This document shows, one piece after another, positions 57,554 to 64,000 of a DNA stretch of 64,000 bases. Position numbers and translations under genes: made by a program. Location of the stretch: NCBI GenBank assembly GCA_017983435.1, contig JAGOBM010000006.1, positions 11,921 to 75,920 of the forward strand, read 5' to 3'. The DNA is from Candidatus Moraniibacteriota bacterium. Its GTDB lineage: Bacteria; Patescibacteriota; Minisyncoccia; Moranbacterales; UBA1568. The number at the start of each line of letters is the position of its first letter. Position 1 is the stretch's first letter. The notes under the pieces were generated by a model. It was not told where the DNA came from. It worked only from the letters and a program-made list of their open reading frames with translations, and did not search any database.

Positions 57554-59146
57554 TCACCACCGGAACCACGGACGGTCATGCCGGATGATTTCCCCAGCTC
57601 GCTTCTTCGTCATCCGTCCCTGCTCGAGCGCGATAGTCCCGTTGACCAGCACCCAATCGATACCCACCGGATACTGATAGGGATCTTCCATAGTCGCACG
57701 GGGCGCCACGACATCCGGGCGGAAAACGACGATATCGGCATGATACCCCTCCCTGATCAGACCGCGCTCTTCCAAGAGGAACTTCGCTGCCGGCTTGCCG
57801 GTCATCTTATGGATCGCCTCTTCCCAAGACAAGAGCTTCTTCTCACGCACGTATTCGGCGAGCACTTTCGGAAACGTCCCGAAATTTCTCGGATGCACCA
57901 GGTCTCCAGTCAGCTTATGCTCTATCGGGTAGCCCACGCCGTTGCTCGAAATGATAGAAAATGGATGAGTGACCGCCTTGTCGACATTCTTTTCGGACAG
58001 CACCTCGAGCGACACGATGGCCCGGCCATCGCTCGCCAAGAGCACGTCGATCACCACTTCCTCCGGCTGCTTCCCCTGCGCGACTGCGATTTCCGATATG
58101 CGCCGTTTGGTCAGCAGCCGATTGAGCTGAGACACGGAAATCAGGATCCGGGAATAATCACGTTTTTCCTTCTTCATATCCCGGATTACTGCCTGCCGGA
58201 CCTGAGTATCGCGCAGACGGTAGATCATCATCTTGCGGCCGCCTTCCGTAATCCAGGCCGGCAGCAAAGTGTACATGACCGAACCGGTCGTGATATATGG
58301 ATAGACATCGAAAGAGATATCGATACCATTCATCGAAGCGGTCTCTATCAGATGGAATACCTCATCCATAAGCGGCCAATGCTTCTCCCCGACCGCCTTG
58401 AGATGCGATATATGGAGCGGCATATCGGCATCCCGTGCCGTATCGATCGCTTCCTCGACCGCTTTGACCAATCCCGCCTCCTCGTCGCGCACGTAGGTCG
58501 CGTAGACGCCTTTTTCAGCCTGTGCCACCGATATAAGCTGCAGGAGCTCACGTGCTCCGGCTCCGCGGGCGTGCGTATAGACGAGACCGGTCGAGAGACC
58601 GAGCGCACCCTCTTTCATCGCCGTCCGCAAGAGCTTAGCCATCAGATCGATCTCATCCGGAGCGATCGGCCGCGTCTCATCGCGCATCGCTCCGCGCCGC
58701 AGTGTCCCGTGCCCGACCAGCGTGCCGAAATTCAATCCCAATCGGCGGCGCTCCACTTCCGATAGGAAATCCTTCATGGAGAGCCAGTTAAAATTGATCT
58801 TCCCGACGTCGGTCCACTTCTGGATGGAACGGATGACCGACGGATTCGTCAGCGGCGCGAGCGAAGACCCGGAGTTCCCACCGATGATCGTAGTCACTCC
58901 CTGACAGAGCATACCGGCAAGCTCCGGCTGTGCCAAAAGCTCCCAATATGTATCCGAATGGTTGTTCACATCGACAAAACCAGGCACGACATATGCCCCG
59001 TCCGCATCGATGACGCGCTCAGCTGCATCGGAAGATAGCGTGCCGATCGCCACGATCCGGCCCTCCTTGATCGCGACATCCGCTGGTACCATTGGAGCAC
59101 CGCTGCCGTCGATGACTGTCCCATTTTTGATGACTATATCGTACAC
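57554..59146 (-). CDS. N-acyl-D-amino-acid deacylase (D-aminoacylase) family amidohydrolase
   Basis: GTG start; MYDIVIKNGTVIDGSG...VPGFVDVNNHSD metal-binding HxH-type start of the amidohydrolase fold; 530 aa. Confidence 0.8.
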   Translation of the reverse strand: MYDIVIKNGTVIDGSGAPMVPADVAIKEGRIVAIGTLSSDAAERVIDADGAYVVPGFVDVNNHSDTYWELLAQPELAGMLCQGVTTIIGGNSGSSLAPLTNPSVIRSIQKWTDVGKINFNWLSMKDFLSEVERRRLGLNFGTLVGHGTLRRGAMRDETRPIAPDEIDLMAKLLRTAMKEGALGLSTGLVYTHARGAGARELLQLISVAQAEKGVYATYVRDEEAGLVKAVEEAIDTARDADMPLHISHLKAVGEKHWPLMDEVFHLIETASMNGIDISFDVYPYITTGSVMYTLLPAWITEGGRKMMIYRLRDTQVRQAVIRDMKKEKRDYSRILISVSQLNRLLTKRRISEIAVAQGKQPEEVVIDVLLASDGRAIVSLEVLSEKNVDKAVTHPFSIISSNGVGYPIEHKLTGDLVHPRNFGTFPKVLAEYVREKKLLSWEEAIHKMTGKPAAKFLLEERGLIREGYHADIVVFRPDVVAPRATMEDPYQYPVGIDWVLVNGTIALEQGRMTKKRAGEIIRHDRPWFRW

Positions 59147-59205
59147 ACTCGCTGGTTTCTATGTTTGTATTATTCCAACAATGCGAAACTCCGAATCGGA
59201 GATAT

Positions 59206-60330
59206 CTACTGCTGTTTTTCTTTCAGATCCTTGATGATCTGCTCCGCCTCTTCCAGAAACGCCTGATCATCCCGCAAGGCCTTCGGGAGAAACATCCGCA
59301 GATCTACCGCCTGTCCGAGCGCCTTCACCTTCTCGCGCGCCTGCTTCTTGGCGATCTCGAGCATATCAGTATAGCCTTCCATATCAGGCATCGCGTACCG
59401 GAGATTCCGGAAATCGTTCTTCACCGCCGCCATCACGACCGGTGCGGTCCGCGCTTCCGAAAGCATCTCCGCCAACGGATTCCCTGAGTTCCTCGGGTTA
59501 TTCATCGAGGCGATTTTCACATTGAATTCCTCGTTCTTCTTCAGTGTCTTGGCATCAGCATAATGCATCGCATACGCCGGATCCACCGCAGCCACCTTGA
59601 GCATGAATCCTTTGTCCTTCTTGAGCTCATCCGGCAGGCTTTCCAATCGAGACAGCGCGTCATCCGGGTTCTCCTCTAGGAGCTGGAGGAATTCTTTTGC
59701 ATCAGCACTCGAGGTCGCCATATTGATCCGCTCGCCCCCGATACGTTCATCTAGGATTTTTTGAGGCACTTTCTCCTCCTTTTTCGTTGCTTCTTCCGGC
59801 TCGACATCGGCAATCGCTGGAGCAACCGCTTCCGCTACCGGCTCCGGTTTTGATGCTGCTGCCGGTTCCTCCGCGACCTCCTCGGCTACCGGAGACTCAA
59901 TGATTTTCTCCGGCTCCTCCACCGACTTCTCTTCCACCGGCTCTGACGCCTCGGCTTCAGGTATCGGATCCGCGACGACGATTTCCTCCGACTCTCCGAG
60001 AGCAGCCAGCTTCGCCTCAAGCTTCTTACGCTCTGCTACCAGTGCCAAGAGGGTATCGTCATCCTTGTCTGGCGTAATCGAAGTATTCAGCTCAACCAAT
60101 GCCTGCTCGATCGCCTGACGTTCGGCAGCCGCCGCTTGTACCCGCTGCTCTTTCTCATCACGCTCCCGCTCATAGGCGGTATTTTCCTTTTCCAAAGTCC
60201 GACGCTCAGCCAGAAGTTCAAGCACCGATTCGTCTGAGAGTGTGCCTAACACAGTCTCAGCAATCGCCGTTAATCGATCAGCATTCACCTGATAGCCTTT
60301 TTCATCAAGAGTCACTATTTGTTTTTTCAT
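59206..60330 (-). CDS. hypothetical acidic coiled-coil protein
   Basis: GGAGGG SD; central Glu/Pro/Ala-rich low-complexity region. Confidence 0.5.
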   Translation of the reverse strand: MKKQIVTLDEKGYQVNADRLTAIAETVLGTLSDESVLELLAERRTLEKENTAYERERDEKEQRVQAAAAERQAIEQALVELNTSITPDKDDDTLLALVAERKKLEAKLAALGESEEIVVADPIPEAEASEPVEEKSVEEPEKIIESPVAEEVAEEPAAASKPEPVAEAVAPAIADVEPEEATKKEEKVPQKILDERIGGERINMATSSADAKEFLQLLEENPDDALSRLESLPDELKKDKGFMLKVAAVDPAYAMHYADAKTLKKNEEFNVKIASMNNPRNSGNPLAEMLSEARTAPVVMAAVKNDFRNLRYAMPDMEGYTDMLEIAKKQAREKVKALGQAVDLRMFLPKALRDDQAFLEEAEQIIKDLKEKQQ

Positions 60331-60423
60331 ACCCTCCAGATTTTATGCTGACCAGCGATCCACTGAGACGAACACTCCCGGATCATTCCAGCAAGTATGC
60401 CCTCAGTTTGGCTGGCTTCGCTT

Positions 60424-61437
60424 TTATTTTTCCCGACCGACCAGCGCGGCCATCTCGACCAGACGCTGCGAGTATCCCCATTCGTTATCATACCACGCCA
60501 CGACCTTTACGAAATCGCCATCGACCACTTTGGTCAGCGGCAGATCGACGATGCTCGAGAACGGGTTGCCGATAAAGTCCGATGAGACGAGCGGCTCTTC
60601 GGTCACTGCCAAGACTCCGCGCATCCGATCGCCCTCGGCTGCTGCCCTGAGCACCGCGTTGACTTCTTCGGCCGTCGTCTTCCTCTTGAGTAGAAAAGTG
60701 AAATCAGTGATCGAGACCACGATGGTCGGTACTCGGAGCGCCAGGCCGTCGAAACGATCCTTGAGCGCCGGAATCACTTCAGCGACTGCGATCGCCGCAC
60801 CGGTCGTCGTCGGCACGATATTCTGTCCGGCAGCACGGGCCCGACGGAAATCCTTATGCGGTGCATCCTGGAGATTCTGGTCGGCTGTATACGAGTGGAT
60901 AGTAGTCATCAGCGCCTTCTCGATACCAAAAGCATCCTCGAGGACTTTGGCTACCGGAGCGAGACAATTCGTCGTGCAGGACGCATTGGACACGACGGCC
61001 TCATCGGCATAGGTATCCTCATTAACCCCCATGAGAAAGGTCTTCACATCCTCGGCCCCACCCTTGGCTGGAGCTGACAAAACTACCTTGCGAGCCCCAG
61101 CGGTGATATGCTGCGCCGAGCTATCCTTATCCACGAAGCGGCCCGTGCACTCGAGCACGACATCGACCGAAAGATCTTTCCAAGGCAACTGGGTCGGGTC
61201 CTTCTCGCAGAGCACCGGGTAGAGCGTACCGTTCACGCGAATCCCTCCCTCCTCAGCGGTCGCGGTGTGCCGATACCGTCCATAGGCCGTATCATGCTGC
61301 AAAAGATGCGCGAGCGCCTTGGCATCAGCCAGGTCATTGATCGCCACCACTTCCATTTCTGGTCTCTCGAGCGCGATCTTGAAAGCAGCCCGGCCGATTC
61401 TCCCGAACCCATTGATCGCGATACGCATCTTTGCCAT
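60424..61437 (-). CDS. gap: glyceraldehyde-3-phosphate dehydrogenase (type I)
   Basis: INGFGRIGR NAD motif and ASCTTNCLAP active-site Cys. Confidence 0.95.
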   Translation of the reverse strand: MAKMRIAINGFGRIGRAAFKIALERPEMEVVAINDLADAKALAHLLQHDTAYGRYRHTATAEEGGIRVNGTLYPVLCEKDPTQLPWKDLSVDVVLECTGRFVDKDSSAQHITAGARKVVLSAPAKGGAEDVKTFLMGVNEDTYADEAVVSNASCTTNCLAPVAKVLEDAFGIEKALMTTIHSYTADQNLQDAPHKDFRRARAAGQNIVPTTTGAAIAVAEVIPALKDRFDGLALRVPTIVVSITDFTFLLKRKTTAEEVNAVLRAAAEGDRMRGVLAVTEEPLVSSDFIGNPFSSIVDLPLTKVVDGDFVKVVAWYDNEWGYSQRLVEMAALVGREK

Positions 61438-61476
61438 ATATTTTTGTTATTGGTATTCTGTTTATTTTTTTTCCGA

Positions 61477-62337
61477 CTACCAGGCTTTCCCTGCGCTCCC
61501 AAACATTTTCATCTTCTGTCGAACCGTATCCTTGGTCTCTTCTTTCGCTGCGCCCAGGATCTTTCGTAAATCAGTCTCGTCTCCGGAATCCAGCATCTTC
61601 CGAAGCTCCCCGAGGAATGCCAGTCTGATGGCCGTATCGACATTGAAACAGGAAATGCCCCGCTTGATCACCTCAGCCACCCGGCCGTTGTGCCAATCCG
61701 ACGCGCCATGCAGCACGAGCGGCACTGTCACGCGCGACGCGACCGCCGAGAGACGCTCATAGTCCGGCTCGCTCCGCTCTCGGAAAAACCCATGCGCGTT
61801 GCCGATAGCGACGGCCAGCGTATCGATACCGGTCTCGCGGACAAACTCTTCCGCCTGCTCCGGATCAGTCATATATTCATCCCACGCGACGTCTTCCATG
61901 GAGACTTCGCCGAGATATGGCACGCTGCCGAGCTCGCCCTGCACGGAGACGCCGCGTGCATGCGCATGCTCGACTATTTTCTTCGTCATCGAAAGATTGT
62001 CTGGATACTCCTTCCGGGAGCCATCATACATCACCGAAGGAAAGCCGATCTCGATCGATCGCTCGACCACTTCGAAACTCTTCCCGTGATCCAGATGGAT
62101 AGCGATAGGGATATCAGCCGCGTAGAACTCGGCCGTATTCTTCACGTAATTGAAAATCGCCCGACCACCGGCATAATCCAAAGTCTTCTCGGTCATCTGC
62201 ACGACCACCGGGGATCGCTCCTCGATAGCTGCTTCGATGATCGCCCGCGTCGTTTCGACATTCACCGTATTGAAAGCACCGACCGCATACCCCTCGGCTT
62301 TCGCCCGCTCGAGGATTTCCTTCGTACCGTAGATCAT
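61477..62337 (-). CDS. fba: class II fructose-bisphosphate aldolase
   Basis: AVGAFNTVNVE, IAIHLDHG metal-binding His block; 286 aa. Confidence 0.9.
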   Translation of the reverse strand: MIYGTKEILERAKAEGYAVGAFNTVNVETTRAIIEAAIEERSPVVVQMTEKTLDYAGGRAIFNYVKNTAEFYAADIPIAIHLDHGKSFEVVERSIEIGFPSVMYDGSRKEYPDNLSMTKKIVEHAHARGVSVQGELGSVPYLGEVSMEDVAWDEYMTDPEQAEEFVRETGIDTLAVAIGNAHGFFRERSEPDYERLSAVASRVTVPLVLHGASDWHNGRVAEVIKRGISCFNVDTAIRLAFLGELRKMLDSGDETDLRKILGAAKEETKDTVRQKMKMFGSAGKAW

Positions 62338-62340
62338 AAG

Positions 62341-63138
62341 TTATTCCGTCTCAGTGGTTGAATTATCCTGTCCGCGAGCTTCCTCGAGCAAGAGCATCAT
62401 CTTCACGACTTCAAAAGGGAAGAGGCTTTCCCGACCGACGAGCACGCCGTCCATCTCCGCCTCCCAGGACACCGCCCCAAGGAAACCGGCTTTGACCGAC
62501 CCGCCGTACACCACCGCGATGCGCTCTTCGGTCGCCTCACCGAGACGATCCAGGAGCCACTTCCGCAGCATGACCCGGACCTGATAGATCTCCTGCGTCG
62601 AAGGCAGCCGGTCCGTACCGATCGCCCAGCGCGGCTCATACGCGAGTATAATCTTCTCGGCCTGCATCTTGGACAGATCGCCAAAAATCGCATCGAGCTG
62701 CCGGGACAACACCTGATGCACCATGCCGGATTCGCGCTCCTCGAGCGTCTCGCCGATGCACGCAATCGGAATCAGATGATGCCTGAGCGCGGCCCGCACT
62801 TTCTCTCCGACGATCGCGTCCGTCTCCCCCCCATAGAAACGCCGCTCGCTATGTCCAATCAGGACGTATTCGAAACCGTCATTTTTGAGCATGACTGGAG
62901 AAATCTCCCCGGTAAAAGCCCCTTCTTTCTCCCAGAACACATTCTGCGCGCCCTTCGCGAAATGCTCCGGCAGATGATCGAAATCCCGGGAATACAAAAG
63001 CGGAGCACACACGATACCAAGCGTATCACCGAAATGCTTCCCCATGGCTTCGCGGCGCAGCACCGAAAGATACTGCTCCGCTTCTTCGCGTGACAGGAGA
63101 TTCATTTTTAGGTTGGCAATAAAATAGCGTTTCCTCAT
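62341..63138 (-). CDS. tpiA: triosephosphate isomerase
   Basis: IANLKMN, LIGHSERR, AYEPRWAIGT, VYGGSVK blocks; AGGAGT SD. Confidence 0.9.
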   Translation of the reverse strand: MRKRYFIANLKMNLLSREEAEQYLSVLRREAMGKHFGDTLGIVCAPLLYSRDFDHLPEHFAKGAQNVFWEKEGAFTGEISPVMLKNDGFEYVLIGHSERRFYGGETDAIVGEKVRAALRHHLIPIACIGETLEERESGMVHQVLSRQLDAIFGDLSKMQAEKIILAYEPRWAIGTDRLPSTQEIYQVRVMLRKWLLDRLGEATEERIAVVYGGSVKAGFLGAVSWEAEMDGVLVGRESLFPFEVVKMMLLLEEARGQDNSTTETE

Positions 63139-63180
63139 ATACTCCTATTCTAAATCAAAAACACCCAGGGAGCCAGCAGC

Positions 63181-63204
63181 GAAGAAAAAAGCTGCTTTTG
63201 CAGC
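63181..63204 (-). terminator. rho-independent terminator after galT (gctgc aaaa gcagc + T-run on minus strand)
   Basis: Hairpin plus T6 between galT stop and tpiA start. Confidence 0.55.
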
Positions 63205-63237
63205 CTGATCCCTATTACAAGAGAATCCGTACACTCG

Positions 63238-64000
63238 TTACAGTTGCGCTCGCAGATATTTTGCCGCTTCTTCCGGCTGTATCGTCGAGACTTCGATACC
63301 CGTCGAAAGTTCGAATCCTGCCCAAGTCGACGTATGCGGAATGATCTCGATATGCCACTGATAGTGCTCGTAATCCCGGCCATCGCACGGCGCGGTATGG
63401 ATATAGAAATTGTAGGCCGGATCATTGAGTCCCTTATAGATCGAGTAGAGCGATTGTTTCAGAGCCTGAGCCAGCGTGAATTTCTCCTCATCGGTGATAT
63501 GCTCGAAATACGGCGACGGGCGCTTGCCGACAATCCAGATTTCAAAAGCGGCCCGCGAAGCGAACGGGCAGAAAGCCACGAAATGCTCATTCTCAAAAAT
63601 CACGCGCTTCCCTGCTTCGCACTCGTATTCGACGATGGTCGAATAAACCTTGGTGCGCGTGCTGCGGAAATAACGCTCGGCGCCTTCCAGTTCGAGAGCC
63701 AGATACGGAGAAACGACCGGGATTGCCATGAGCTGCGAATGCGGATGAGCGATGCTCGCGCCCGCCTCCTTGCCATGATTCTGAAATATCTGGATATAGT
63801 TGACGCTTTTCTCATGCATAAGCGCCAGATAGCGATCCTGATACGCATCGATCAGCTCGGCTACCTGCCACGCTTCCAGAAGCGCGATCTGACGCTCGGC
63901 GTCACGAGTCACGAACAGTTCATGGTAGCCGACCCCGCTCATCGCAAAATACGGTCCTTCTGACAATTGCCGGATCGGCTTGCCAGCTGAAAAAGCCGGG
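63238..64000 (-). CDS. galT: galactose-1-phosphate uridylyltransferase, C-terminal part (5' end beyond window)
   Basis: HPHSQL HIT-like motif; reading frame stays open past the listed TTG start to the window end. Confidence 0.8.
   Translation of the reverse strand, partial: PAFSAGKPIRQLSEGPYFAMSGVGYHELFVTRDAERQIALLEAWQVAELIDAYQDRYLALMHEKSVNYIQIFQNHGKEAGASIAHPHSQLMAIPVVSPYLALELEGAERYFRSTRTKVYSTIVEYECEAGKRVIFENEHFVAFCPFASRAAFEIWIVGKRPSPYFEHITDEEKFTLAQALKQSLYSIYKGLNDPAYNFYIHTAPCDGRDYEHYQWHIEIIPHTSTWAGFELSTGIEVSTIQPEEAAKYLRAQL

Overview
GC-rich bacterial chromosomal segment, coded mostly on the minus strand, apparently from a streamlined lineage (inference). RNA genes: an orphan 16S rRNA gene (minus, ~3711-5265) that is not followed by 23S, carries a ~110-nt AT-rich insertion in a 3'-domain hairpin and has two mismatches in the universal 515F/519R site; six tRNAs (Arg-TCG on plus; Glu-CTC, Trp-CCA, Thr-GGT, Tyr-GTA, Thr-TGT on minus) with rpmG. 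Translation/transcription genes: the distal ribosomal-protein/alpha operon (infA-rpmJ-rpsM-rpsK-rpsD-rpoA-rplQ, then rplM-rpsI) with an RpoA that lacks the alpha-CTD; rpsB-tsf; rpmE-prfA-prmC. Envelope and division genes: uppS next to a trans-polyprenyl synthase, an MraY/WecA-family transferase, two GT-C (PMT/ArnT-like) and two GT4 glycosyltransferases, murA, murD, mreB, ftsQ, holB. Metabolism: gap-fba-tpiA, galT (partial), gdhA, trxB, pyrF, D-aminoacylase. Accessory/unknown content: an ~8.7-kb minus-strand operon (33902-42629) with a membrane-anchored FtsK/HerA-superfamily (VirB4/VirD4-like) ATPase, a frameshifted pilin-like gene, a giant LysM-like/glycine-zipper membrane protein and four ORFans; tandem degenerate HD-GYP paralogs; a Lys-rich histone-like micro-protein beside a ~400-bp AT-rich island. 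Most notable non-coding signals: (1) a three-member family of long stem-loops with a conserved ~45-nt loop and compensatory stem changes (51718-51908 and 55602-55693); (2) a conserved 47-nt block fused to inverted copies of the 3' ends of the neighbouring tRNA-Glu and tRNA-Tyr genes (18716-18773 and 20424-20571), the latter delimiting a 148-nt tRNA-like element.
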